A stretch of DNA of 63,227 nucleotides, counting the filler, from Rhizaria sp. SCN 62-66 (taxonomy: Eukaryota), in the NCBI GenBank assembly GCA_001724265.1. It is 11 parts of 11 records of this genome, joined end to end, with 100 filler letters (N's around TTAATTAATTAA, not from the genome) between each part and the next. Parts side by side here need not be neighbours in the genome. Positions count along the whole stretch, not along the records: positions 24,808 to 30,441 come from MEDY01000697.1; positions 30,542 to 36,174 come from MEDY01000698.1; 9 more parts are not named here. One strand, given 5' to 3'. A model generated the notes under the pieces. It did not search any database. It saw only the letters and a program-made list of their open reading frames with translations, and was not told where the DNA came from. The translations under genes were made by a program, and so were the position numbers. This document shows, piece after piece, positions 25,265-36,274 of this stretch; within the stretch, counting starts at the first letter, position 1; each line of letters begins with the position of its first letter.

Positions 25265-26539
25265 TTAGAGCTCCGTGCGGAGACGCTGAGTGACGGCAAT
25301 GGGCTGCGTGGTCGTGGTGGTGGCCTCGTCACGAGCACTGTCGTGCTCGTCGTCACGCTCATCGTGGTGGTCATCGTGCTCAGCAGTGTCGTCGTCTTCG
25401 TGGGTGTCCTCGTCGTGCTCGTCCTCAAAGTCGTCGTCGTCATCGTCGTGGTCGAAGGTCGAGTGAGTGCCGGCCTCGGACAGGAGCCCGTCGTGGCACA
25501 CGTAGTCGGCCTCGTTGAAGCACGCGTCACCGCAGAGACTCGGCGTGCTCACGCCGCACAGCACGCCCTGAGTGGGAGACGCGCACACGTGGGTGCCGGG
25601 GTTGTACAGGACGCCGCTGGAGCCGCACGCGCGGGTAAGAGTGCTGTCGCCGATGTTGGCGGAAGTGTCCTGAGCCTGAGTCGTGTCGCGCGGGGTGATC
25701 GTGCTCTCGCCGGTGGTGGCGGGAGTGTCCTGAGTCGTGTCGATAGGGTTGATTGTGTCGCCGGTGTTGTCAGTGTTAATAATGTCTCGATTGGCGTTGG
25801 AGGACGACTGACTCTGGCTCTGCTGCTGCTGCTGCTTCAGCTGAGTGCCCTTAAAGCTTGACTTGACGCCACCCTGAAGCTGCTGCCCCTTGAAGCCTGA
25901 CTTAACGCCACCCTGGAGCTGCTGCCCCTTGAAGCCTGACTTAACGCCACCCTGGAGCTGCTGCCCCTTGAAACTCGACTTGACACCGCCCTGAAGCTGC
26001 TGTCCCTTGAAGTTGCCGGACTTGACACCACTCTGGAGCTGCCCCTTGAAATTGCCGGACTTCACGCCGCCCTTGAGTTGCTGAGTCTTGAAGTTGGACT
26101 TAAGGCCACCCTGAAGCTGCTGGCCCTTGTAACCAGTGGACTTGACGCCGCCCTTTAAGCCGGACTTGATGCCGCCCTGGAGCTGCTGACCCTTGAAGTT
26201 GCCGAACTTGACACCGCCCTGAGGTTGCTGGCCCTTGTAGCCGGAGGACTTAACACCGCCCTGAAGCTGCTGTTGGCCCTTAAGACCAGTGGACTTGACA
26301 CCGCCCTGAAGTTGCTGGCCCTTGTAGCCGGAGGACTTGACACCGCCCTGAAGCTGCTGGCCCTTGTAGCCAGTAGACTTCACGCCGCCCTTCAGGCCAG
26401 ACTTAATGCCGCCCTGAAGCTGCTGCTGGCTCTTAAGCCCAGACTTTAAGCCGCCCTGAAGTTGCTGGTCAGACTTGATCTGAGCGACAGCGAGGACAGC
26501 GCAAACTGCCAGCAGCGCCGCGAGAAGAGTCAAACGCAT
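25265..26539 (-). CDS. Secretory-pathway protein: signal peptide, Q/G/K repeats, CBM52-like Cys domain, Asp/His-rich tract, C-terminal RTEL
   Basis: MRLTLLAALLAVCAVLAVA signal peptide. About 16 QLQGG(V/I/L)KS units. CG..YNP..HVC..LC..CGDACFN..YVCHDGLL. Ends RTEL-TAA. Confidence 0.88.
   Translation of the reverse strand: MRLTLLAALLAVCAVLAVAQIKSDQQLQGGLKSGLKSQQQLQGGIKSGLKGGVKSTGYKGQQLQGGVKSSGYKGQQLQGGVKSTGLKGQQQLQGGVKSSGYKGQQPQGGVKFGNFKGQQLQGGIKSGLKGGVKSTGYKGQQLQGGLKSNFKTQQLKGGVKSGNFKGQLQSGVKSGNFKGQQLQGGVKSSFKGQQLQGGVKSGFKGQQLQGGVKSGFKGQQLQGGVKSSFKGTQLKQQQQQSQSQSSSNANRDIINTDNTGDTINPIDTTQDTPATTGESTITPRDTTQAQDTSANIGDSTLTRACGSSGVLYNPGTHVCASPTQGVLCGVSTPSLCGDACFNEADYVCHDGLLSEAGTHSTFDHDDDDDDFEDEHDEDTHEDDDTAEHDDHHDERDDEHDSARDEATTTTTQPIAVTQRLRTEL
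25850..26475 (-). repeat. Coding tandem repeat, 39-45 nt units (QQLQGGVKSxxxKG)
   Basis: Recurrent gacttgacaccgccctgaagctgctg-like units. Confidence 0.9.
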
Positions 26540-27061
26540 GTTGATACTCTACGCACAAATCAAACAAAAACACAATAATAAAAATAGAAATGTAATGTTC
26601 AAGTTAGTTTATGGCTGCTTTGTGGTGTTTTAAGCTATCTTACTCTTATATTCGCGTCAATCATAGGTTTTAGTTTTCGCTTGTAGATTCGTCTTGTTCA
26701 TCAGATCAAAGTCCAGCGCATCAATGACTGTGAGCACTATTTGTTGAAAATTACTGAAACAAGGACACTTGTAGCTATAATGCGTGTTAAGCCACGATGT
26801 GACTTGAAACTATGCAGGACTCATAGGATTAATCGAGTTGTTTTTCTTTCTTAAACAATAATTGTGAGTGAAAATTTTGACAATCGCACGGACAACTTGA
26901 AAGAGCGAAGAACGGTATGCTATCATAGAGATGTCACAAATAATACAGATCTAAAGTGAGTAACTAAATTAACGTCTTTGTATCTAGATATTTCTGTTAA
27001 AAAAACAACAACAGATTGAGGAACTATATAAACATAAGAAAATTAAAGGCAACAAACCGGG

Positions 27062-29284
27062 TCAGTCTGCACCACCCCCACCATTGAAGGCTTCTGCAAG
27101 CGCCGCAGCCGCAGTGCACACAGCCTGTGCCAGGCTTTCCGCGACATCTGGCGCTGACCACAGCGCGCACGCCGCGGCAGCGCGCGCCAGCACAGCCGCT
27201 TGCGCACGCGACTGCGCCTGCAGCGGCAACTCCGCCTGCAGGTGCGACCGCGACGGCAACTCAGACACCGACTGAGACTGTGACTGGACAGCGTCATCGT
27301 TTCGCGTCAGTGTCAAAGCGGAGGATTCCATGGCTTGGGAGGCAAAGGCGGCGGCCAGCGGCCACGGCAGCGGCCGCAGCGCCAGCGCCAGCAGCAGCGC
27401 CTGTGTGCCCGTCTCCGCGTCCATAGCACCGCCGCCAGCAGTGCGCGCACTGCCAGCTTCTGACGCGGTTGCAGCAGCTGCTGCTGCGGCCGCTGCTGCT
27501 GCAACGGGCGCGGTGGCCTTGTCGACAGCAGCAGCGGCGGCGCGACGCAGCGCGTGCAGCGGCGGACACCGCGCCGCGGCGGGGGCCAGGGGCGCGGCAC
27601 GCGCGCGCAGCGGGGCCGGAAGCAGCAGTGCTGCCAGCTGCGCGCCCCACGAGCCGGACGACCGCGGCTCCGCGTCCGCAGCACCTGTTGCGCTGGGAGA
27701 CGCACAGATGTCGTTGCCGTCGTCGCTGTGGTCGTGATCACTAGCGCTACCACGATCGTCGTCATCGTCGTCATTGCCGTCATCGTAGTCGTCGCCGTGA
27801 TCGCCGCTGTATTGCCGGCGGCCCCACAGAGCGGCGGCGCTGTCGAGCAAACTCGCCACACCCGCCGACGTTGCTGCAGAGGCCGACGCAGAGGCCGAGG
27901 CCGACGCTGGCCCAAACACAGCTGAGAGCCCGCGTCCCCGGCCGGCGACCGCGGCGGCGGCGGCGGCGGCGGCAGCGGCGGCCTCGCGTCGCGCGCGTGC
28001 CAGCGCAACGGCCGCGGCGACGAGCGCCTCTGCGCCCGCGGCCTCAGCGGCAGCCTTGGCGGCGGGCACGGCGGCCGCGGCGAGCAGCAGCAGCAGCCGC
28101 GCGTGGGCGTAGAGCGGCAGAGCGACGGCGCCGCCGCTGCCGAGGGCCGGGTCCAGCCAGCGCCGCAGCAGCAGCAGCGCGGGCGCGGCCACGGCGTAGT
28201 ACCGCAGCAGGCGCAGCAGCGGCGGCAGAAGCAGCGCGCTCAGCGCCGCGCCTGCAGTGCTGCCTCCAGCTGCAGTCACTGCCGCGCTTCTGTCGCTCTC
28301 ACAGTGCTCTCTGACGTCTTCGGTGAAGGGTGCGGCAGATGAGTGCGTGTCCCCTGAAATCGCCGTTGCCGCCGCGGAGGCGTCGCGGAGGCGCAGGAGC
28401 AGCGACACAAGCGGCGGCAGCGGGACGGCGAGTGCGGCGACGGTACCGGCGGCGGTCAGGCCCGCGCCGCGGACCAGCACTGCGTACGCTGTGAGCGCCA
28501 GCGCCACGCGCACTGCGGGCGACGACGACGCGAGGAACGATTGCGACGCGGATCCGTTGCCCCCCCTGCCGGCAGCAGCCGCTTGTGGTGGTGTTGACAA
28601 TGGGAGAAGAGAGCGCAGGGCCGAGCCGGCGGCGGCGGCGGCGGCGCGCGCGGCAGTTGCGGCGGCATCCAACACAAGTGCCGCCACTGCGGGCGCGGGC
28701 GCAGGCGCGGGCGCTGCTGCGGGGGCATACGTTGGCGCAAAGGATGACAGCACGGCTGCATTTGAGCTCGAGCTGGAGCTAGCGGAGCTCGTGGAGCTGT
28801 GGTCGTGGCCACCGAGCCAGTGCCTGTCAGTAGCCAGCCCGTGCCAATCTGCAGCGGGCCAGTGCTGGTCAGCAGAGGCGGCGCGCATTTGCACTGATGA
28901 CAACGGCGACTGCGGCTGCGACAGCAGCGCGGAGCTGGCGTTGTCTCCCGCGTGGGCAAGCGCCGCGGCTGCGGGTGCAGCGGCCGGCGTAGACAGCGCT
29001 GCGGCTGTCGTGGTCGCGGACAACTGCGCAGAGTCAGGGTGGCGCGCGCGGTAGTTTGAGAGAAGGACGCGGTACATGGAGCGGCTGAGCAAGTCAAGCA
29101 GAGGCAGCGTGGGCACGGGCGGCGGCGCGGGGCCGCGCGGGGCAGCAGACGCGTGCGGCGCCGCGTAGACAATGGGCGCTGGCGAGGGTGTAGGCGCGGG
29201 CGCGGGCGCGGGCGCAACAGCAGATGAGGGCCGTGGGGGTGGGATGGCCACCACGTCCGGGGGCAGACGCGGCTGCTGGGACAT
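27062..29284 (-). CDS. Ala-rich hypothetical protein (740 aa) with hydrophobic segments, ends TGA
   Basis: Single long ORF with coding-like GC content, flanked by AT-rich DNA on both sides. Confidence 0.7.
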   Translation of the reverse strand: MSQQPRLPPDVVAIPPPRPSSAVAPAPAPAPTPSPAPIVYAAPHASAAPRGPAPPPVPTLPLLDLLSRSMYRVLLSNYRARHPDSAQLSATTTAAALSTPAAAPAAAALAHAGDNASSALLSQPQSPLSSVQMRAASADQHWPAADWHGLATDRHWLGGHDHSSTSSASSSSSSNAAVLSSFAPTYAPAAAPAPAPAPAVAALVLDAAATAARAAAAAAGSALRSLLPLSTPPQAAAAGRGGNGSASQSFLASSSPAVRVALALTAYAVLVRGAGLTAAGTVAALAVPLPPLVSLLLRLRDASAAATAISGDTHSSAAPFTEDVREHCESDRSAAVTAAGGSTAGAALSALLLPPLLRLLRYYAVAAPALLLLRRWLDPALGSGGAVALPLYAHARLLLLLAAAAVPAAKAAAEAAGAEALVAAAVALARARREAAAAAAAAAAAVAGRGRGLSAVFGPASASASASASAATSAGVASLLDSAAALWGRRQYSGDHGDDYDDGNDDDDDDRGSASDHDHSDDGNDICASPSATGAADAEPRSSGSWGAQLAALLLPAPLRARAAPLAPAAARCPPLHALRRAAAAAVDKATAPVAAAAAAAAAAATASEAGSARTAGGGAMDAETGTQALLLALALRPLPWPLAAAFASQAMESSALTLTRNDDAVQSQSQSVSELPSRSHLQAELPLQAQSRAQAAVLARAAAACALWSAPDVAESLAQAVCTAAAALAEAFNGGGGAD

Positions 29285-29856
29285 GGCGGCTTAGAGTGGC
29301 GACTAAAGCGGACCCAATAGGTGAAAACAGCAAATACTGCGGCGCGATACAGTTATACAGATAGCACGATGAGAGGTAGGGTAGTGGCTGTGATGGCGAT
29401 CCAGCGTTGTGAAAAAGAAGCTTATGCAGTGGGAACTGACAAGCTTGGTCAGGCAACTCATAAAGCATACAAGACGGCAGATGTGGGGAGTATTATTAAC
29501 CGGGGTTAAATTACATGACATTTATATGCTGTGGCAGCAACAATAGCACGCGTTCACGGCTCTGGTAGTGCTGGATAGGAATGTCAGAAATTTGGGATGT
29601 CGGCAAGAACAAAGAACTGTATGAACGAAGTTCACACGGAGCGGTTCTCAAAATATCACACTATTTCCTGGATTTTTAGTCACCATCTTTAATCAGCTCA
29701 TATCACCTTAAAGGCATCGATATAGTAAATATTTGATTTGTGAAGCTATGTAATCGGCAATCTGGTTTTATTTTACTATATTACCTTTTGCTTATTTGTC
29801 AATCTCATCTCTGTAGAGGGCCGACTTACCCCGTTGTTAGCCCTGCTGCTTTGAGG

Positions 29857-30441
29857 ATGAGTCTGCCGCAAACATCTGCGTCTGAGGCTTATTCCGCCTG
29901 TTCCACCGGCTCTGCATTACCTCTTTCCGATAGTGGGGCAAGTTGCGACAGCGACAACCTTAGCGCTACTTCTGTTCCCAAGAATATTCCTCAGCTGCAG
30001 CTATCGGAGTTTCGCGAGCTGAAGAAGATCGCGTCTGGCGGCTTCTCGAAAGTCTACCGCGCTCTTCACGTGCCCAGTTCTGCAGATGTCAACAATAGCA
30101 AGTCTGAGTATGTGGCGCTAAAGGTCCTTAACTTGGGCGGCATTGAAATGCACCAAAACCAGTCCGTCATGGCTGAGCTTCAGCTTCAGTACAAGCTTCG
30201 ATCACCCTATGTCGTTCGCTGCCGCGGTACTCTCACAAACAGTCCGACTGCTTTCAACGCCGAAGTGAATGCTATCAGCGATGGATTAGTGAGCGAGTTC
30301 GAGAATAAGTTTGTGATTGTGATGGAGTACTGCGAAGGTGGATCGCTCAAAGAACTGTTGACACACCCTGAATACCGAACTTTGTCGCGCGAAGCACGTG
30401 TCTGGTTTGCGCAGCAGGTGAGCCGTGCTGTGCTAGCTCTG
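29857..30441 (+). CDS. Protein kinase, N-lobe only, 3' partial
   Basis: IASGGFSKVY Gly-loop, VALK, alphaC Glu, VMEYCEGGSL hinge. Confidence 0.9.
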
Positions 30442-30541
30442 NNNNNNNNNNNNNNNNNNNNNNNNNNNNNNNNNNNNNNNNNNNNTTAATTAATTAANNN
30501 NNNNNNNNNNNNNNNNNNNNNNNNNNNNNNNNNNNNNNNNN

Positions 30542-30607
<66 letters not shown>
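30542..30607. repeat. (CA)n microsatellite at a contig end
   Basis: About 33 AC units. Confidence 0.97.
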
Positions 30608-30609
<2 letters not shown>

Positions 30610-30961
30610 ACACCAAGATGACGAAAATTGAAATGAAAATGTAATTATTTTGAGGAGGGTAAGAAATCACACACTGTCGAGTGCTTATTTTCGTTGTTGG
30701 ATGAGCCAGTGACAGCCGCAAAGAGAGCGGCACATAGAGAGTGGCGCCATTGACCCGCAAGTGGCAGTGGCTGCAGTGACTGTAGGCGCGTGCGTGAACC
30801 AGCGCCAGTTCGCGTCAAGGTGACTGTGCACACAACAACACAACGACCGACCGGGAGCGAACGCCGGCACAAGGCACGAGCAAACAGCCTGCCAGCGCAA
30901 AGGCAGTGGCAATGGCGGTGGCCGTGGCCGTGGCCGTGGGGGCAGTGGGCGGAGAGCGTGT

Positions 30962-31885
30962 TCACCGACGCAGGGGCAGCGCGCCAAGCCCGGCCGTGAG
31001 GCCGCTGACGCCGCTGACGCTGCTGTTGAGGCCCACCGTGCCGGCCGGCACGACGGTGCTGGCGCCCAGGCCCGCGAGAGTGCCTGACAGCGCACCGAGC
31101 CCTCCGGCAGACAGACCGCCCGCGGAGAGACCACCCGCTGAGAGACCGCCGCCCGTGGCCGAGAGCCCTACAGCAGACAGCCCTGCAGCCGCGGTAGAGA
31201 GGCCGCCGAAGCCGCCCACGCCCGCGCCTGTGCCGGCCACGGTGGTAGGGCTGGCGCTAAGGCCACCACCGAAGGCCCGCGGGCCGCCGGCACCGGTGCC
31301 GGCGCCGCCGTTGGCAGCGTTGCTGGTGAGCGAGAGCTGGTTGCCCGTCGCGGCGAAGCGCAGGGCACTGTTGTTGCCGCCAGCGGCGCCGAGACCGCTC
31401 GCGGGGCCGAGCCCATTCGAGCCGAGGCCGTTGAGGCCGTTGAGGCCGTTGGCGCTGAGGCCGGTGAAGCTGGGGCTGGGACGGGTAAATGAGGCCGCCG
31501 CGCCGCCGGTGCTGCCGATCGCGGTCCCGGAGGGCTTCACCAGGCCGGGGTAGCCGGAGACCGTGGTCGTGGCCATGGCGGCCCCCGCCCCCGCCCCCGC
31601 GCCGGCGCCTGCGCTGGCGCCTGTGCCGCTGTTGGAGACGCCCAGGCTGGTGACGGCGCTGGTCGGGGTGCTGGTAGTGCTGCTGTTGCTGCTGGGAATC
31701 GTCATCCCGCCCCCGCCGTTCATGCCGCCGCCGTTGGCAGTGCCGTTGCCGTTGCCGTTAGCGACGCCGCCATTGCCGTTGACGTTGACACTGTTGCCGT
31801 TGCCATTGTTGGAGGCAGCGAGGGACATGAGGGCCTGCAGCAGACTTGCGTTGCTGGCGGAGGAGTCGCCAGGCGCAACCATTTG

Positions 31886-31925
<40 letters not shown>

Positions 31926-34900
31926 TGCTGTTGCTGCTGTTGTTGCTGCTGGAGCAGTTGCTGCAGCTGTTGTTGCTGCTGCAACTGCTGCTGCTGCTGT
32001 TGCAGCTGGAACAGCGCCTGCAGCTGCAGCTGATGCTGCTGCTGTTGCTGCGCCTGCGCCTCCTTGGCGGCAACCGCGGCAACGGCGGCCGCAGCACTGG
32101 TGCTCGCGCCGTTGCCACCGACAGCGCCGTTCACAGCGTTGCCGCCGCCGCCGCCGCCATTGGCGTTGGCGTTGCCCGCGAGCAGAAGCGCGAGCACTGC
32201 GCGCGCGGCCTCGCCGTTGCCGCTGCCGCTGCCGCCGCCGCCGTCGGCGCCGGGGGCCGAGGAGGCGCTCGCGGCCAGCAGCGCCTGCAGCAGCTGCGGG
32301 GACACGCTGTTCGCGCCGCCGCCGTTGTTGTTCATAACTGCGGCAACCACACCGGTGTTGCCGGCAGCGCTGTTGGCCGCCGTGGCGTTGTTGGCCGCGG
32401 CCGCCGCGCTCGGGTGCAGGGGACTCATGCCGGCGCCGCTAGGGCCAGACTGGCGGCGCATCGCCATCAGCTGCAGCTGCGCCTGTGCCTGTGCCTGTGC
32501 CTGGGCTTGGGCCTGGGCTTGGGCTTGGGCTTGGGCGAAGGCCGCGAGCTGCTGCTGTTGCTGATGCTGCTGCAACACGAACATCAGCTGCTGCAGCTGT
32601 TGTTGTTGTTGCTGTTGCTGTTGCTGCTGCTGCTGGGCCAGAGCCAGCGCCTGCGCCTGCGCATGGGCCTGAGCCAGAGCCTGCTGCTGGGCCTGCTTGG
32701 CCTTGGCCTTGGCCGCGGCCTGCTGCTGCAGCGCCTTCTTCTGCTGCTTCTGCATGGCTGCGACGGCGGCGGCCTGCGCCTGCGCCTGCGAGTGGGCCGC
32801 CGCGGCCAGCGCGCGCGCGTGGGCCGCCTCGGCCTGCTTCAGCTCCATCTCCAGCTGCCGCTGCGCCAGCAGCTGGCTACGCGCGGCGTCGCCGGGCTGC
32901 TGTGCGATGTCGACCCCAGCCGCGGAGAGGGCGTCGAGCTGCTGCTGCTGCTGCTGCTGCTGGAGCTGCAACTGCTGGAGGTAATGCGAGTAGTAGTCCA
33001 CCTGCTGTTGCGCTGACAGGGCCGCCGCAGCTGCGGCACCGCCGTTGAGCGCGCCGCCGGCGGCGGCGGCGGCGGCAGCGTTGCCGTTGGCGGACAGGAG
33101 CGAGGGGGAAGCGCGGGCGCGGGCGCCCTTGCCCGCACTCGCGCCGCCGACCTGCGCACCCCCGTGTGTTACCCCATGTGTTCCGCCTTGTGTTCCGCCC
33201 GCGTGCGGCACCAGGTGCGAGCCGTGCGCGTGCGCGGCGACGCTATGCAGCGCCTTGGCCTTGACGGCCTGCGCCTGCGCCGCGAGGTGCTGCTGCCGCT
33301 CCCGGAGTGAGCGCGAGTCGAGGGCCGAGTGCGGCGCGAGGGCCGTCGCCACACCGAGGTGACCGTGGGCGTGACCGTGGGCGTGGGCGTGGCTGTGGCC
33401 GTGGGCAGCCACGTAGTCGCCCGCCTGGATGGTGCCGTCGGCTGAGCCGGTGGCGTCGGTGTGGCCAGCGCCGGCGCCGGCGCCGGCGGCGTCAGCGTCG
33501 TAGCTGCCGTCCCCGCCGCCGTTGCTGCCATCGCCCATACTGGCGGTGTGGCCGCTGCTGCCGGCGTATTGCTGCGCCACTGCGTCATACGCACGGCCAC
33601 CACCACCGTCCACCGCGCCCCCCACAGCGCCGTCGCCGCCGTCGCCGCCCTGGCCGCCCTGCGCGCCCTCCGCAGAGCGGCCGCGCTTGCGCGACTGCGT
33701 CTGCGTCTGCGTTTGAGATTGCGACAGAGCGTTGCTGTACGCGGCTGCGGCTGCGGCGGCCGCAGCGGCGTTGGCGTTGGCGGCGTTGGCGCGGAGGCCA
33801 GGGACCGGCAGACTCACAGCTCCGTTGGTGTCGTCGTAGCCGATGATGCCGCTGCCGTTGACGCTGCTGTCTTCGGGGGCCGCAACAAACACGTTCTGGG
33901 TGCTGAAGTAGCCAGAGCCACCGTCCGCGCCCCCGTTGCCAGAGCCAGAGCCAGAGCCAGCGTTGTTGTTGGCCAGGCGGGCGCGGCTGGCCGCACCAGT
34001 GCCCGTCCCAGTGCCCGTGCCAGCGCCAGCGCTCGCGGCACGGGCAGCGCCAGCAGCAGCAGCTCGGACGGCAGCGGCGGCGGCCCCCGCGGCAGCCTTG
34101 CCCCCGGCAGCGGCGGCGGCTCTGCTGGCCGGCCCCTGTCCGCCGGCTCTGCCGCTCGCATCCAGGACGGCGGCCGCGGTGGTGGGTGGGGCCGAGACGG
34201 GGAGGATGGGCAGGCTGCGCGCGGTGAGGTACTCGACAGCCTCGGCGTCGCTCGCGTCGACCGGGATCGTGTGCCGCCCGCAGTATACGTACGCGCCGTG
34301 GATCGGGACCTGCGCGCGCGCCGCAGGTCGCGGAAAAGAAGGGGGGGAAAAGAGGTACGGTCGGGCGGAGTGAGCGATGTTCAGGTAAAGTACGGTAGGA
34401 ATTTTACGCACAAAGAAACGGACATAGAGACATGCAAATGCAGTACAGTTGATAAATTACAGTAGAATATTGAAATGTGCATATTTTGGTTTAAATTGCG
34501 ATGCATATATTGATATTGCGCTTCGTTTTCGACGACCTACCTGGTGCGCCCTGTTGTAGGTGAGCGAGAGCTTGGTGCACGAGAGGAAGTGGTGTGAGCG
34601 CCGGTCGCACCGGAAGGCGACCGCGCTGCGCAGCGCGTTGGCCGTGGCGAGCAGCTCCTGCGTCGACGGCCGGCCCTGGCGGTCGTAGTGCTTGAGGTGC
34701 GCACGGCACACGGGCGTACCCGGCTGGCAGGGCGCCGTGTGGCACAGCTCGCCCAGGCGCTCGAACTTGCAGATCCAGATGCATGATAGCGGGAGCCCCG
34801 TGTTGGGGTCGAACGAGATGTAGTCTTCGATGCGGTCATCGAACGCCGTCGCGCCGCCGCCACCGCCGCTGCTACCACTGACAGCGGTTGACGCTCCAGG

Positions 34901-35596
34901 AGCAGCAGCGGCAGCAGCCGAGGATGAGGAGGGGTCTTGGCTGTAGGCGTAGCCGCTGCCGCTCCTGGTGGGGGCGGAGGCGACCGGGAGCGGGGCCGCT
35001 GCGCCGGCGCTGCTCGCGGCCGCGTTGGCGCTGCCGGCGGTCGCATTGGCGCCAGAGAGCGCGCTGTAGCTGCTGGCGTCGCCCGCGGCGCTATAGCCGT
35101 AGCCACTGCCCTCGGTCTTGACAGGCGCGGTCGTCGCGGTGGGCAGGAGCGTGGACGCGGCGGCGGCGGGACCCGGGGCGGGGCTCTTGAGGGCCTCGAG
35201 CCCCGCCGCGGCGCCCGGCTCGGTCTTAAGCTCGGCGGACTTGCCGGCGCCTGGCTCGGTCTTGACTGAACCTACGGTTCTGCTGCCTTCGCCGAGGTTG
35301 TCTGCGGCGACCGGCTGGGCGGATCCAGAAACCTAGTGTCCTCGGCTGCGACTGGGGGTCGCCGCAGTTGCTGTAGCAGAAGCGCTGGCGCCAGCAGTGC
35401 TCAGAGCGGCTGCGGCGTCTGCGGATGCGGGTGTTGCAGAGTCAGTGCCCGACGGGGAGCCGTCAGCGCTCACCGGAGGACTCGGGCCGTCACTACAGGA
35501 GACGCTCGCGCTTGAAACCAAAGCAGCTGTCGTAACAACATTGGTCGTAGTGCTGCTAGAAGCCGCGTAGCGGGCGGCTGCGACGGTAGGATCCAT
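30962..35596 (-). CDS. PolyQ/Ala-rich putative transcriptional regulator with tandem C3H Zn-finger-like motifs. Exons 35596-34541 and 34309-30962, in-frame TAG at 35333-35335, ends TGA
   Basis: ORFs 35333..35596 and 34457..34711 share a frame. Three (V/L)KTE SUMO-type motifs. CKFERLGELCHTAPCQPGTPVCRAH and C..C..YCGRH motifs. Phase-0 GTAGGT...GCAG intron. RKRGR NLS-like motif and long polyQ tracts. Confidence 0.78.
31883..32050 (-). repeat. CAG/CAA polyglutamine tract
   Basis: (ctg/ttg)n on the plus strand. Confidence 0.95.
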
Positions 35597-36274
35597 CGTA
35601 ATCTATATGTGAAGACGGAACCAGTGTCCAAACTGCACAGACGGCGTTGCGGGATCAGGCAAGAGGGAGAAGAGGCGACAACAGAACGAGGCGTTGGAAG
35701 GAAAAGAAGTCGTGAGGAAGGAAAAGCGAGGGGACAAGATTACCACAATGCGCGCGCAGAGAGTAAGAGGAAAGCATACTTATCAAATTGCTCCTCTGCA
35801 TATTTTAAGACCATCGCACCGGAGTACGACAGACGAGGAGAGTCGCAAAAAGTTCAGAGTTGACTGGCAACGCCCAGCTCGTCATTCGCAACAGAAAGTT
35901 TTATATGCGGCCCGCGTCACCCCAGATCAGACCCCCGTTCTGGTATCTAATTCCTCGCAAACAGGTCGACAGTAAAGCTCCGCATTGTTCCGATCAGGGC
36001 CAACACACTGCGCGTAATTTCCCAAATGTGGTCCACTTTGTGTTCCGCCTGTACACCGCCGACTCTGTCCAGGCTTAACACGGGGGTCGCGAATTGGGCC
36101 GTTTGCCTCTCCCACCCCACATGTTTGTGATGTTGAGGCACCCCCCATCCCCAATAAACATCCCTAGATTACCANNNNNNNNNNNNNNNNNNNNNNNNNN
36201 NNNNNNNNNNNNNNNNNNTTAATTAATTAANNNNNNNNNNNNNNNNNNNNNNNNNNNNNNNNNNNNNNNNNNNN

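Noticed and set aside
25850-26475. Regularly spaced repeats resembling a CRISPR array
   Set aside because: Degenerate in-frame coding repeats without unique spacers, in a eukaryotic context with no cas genes
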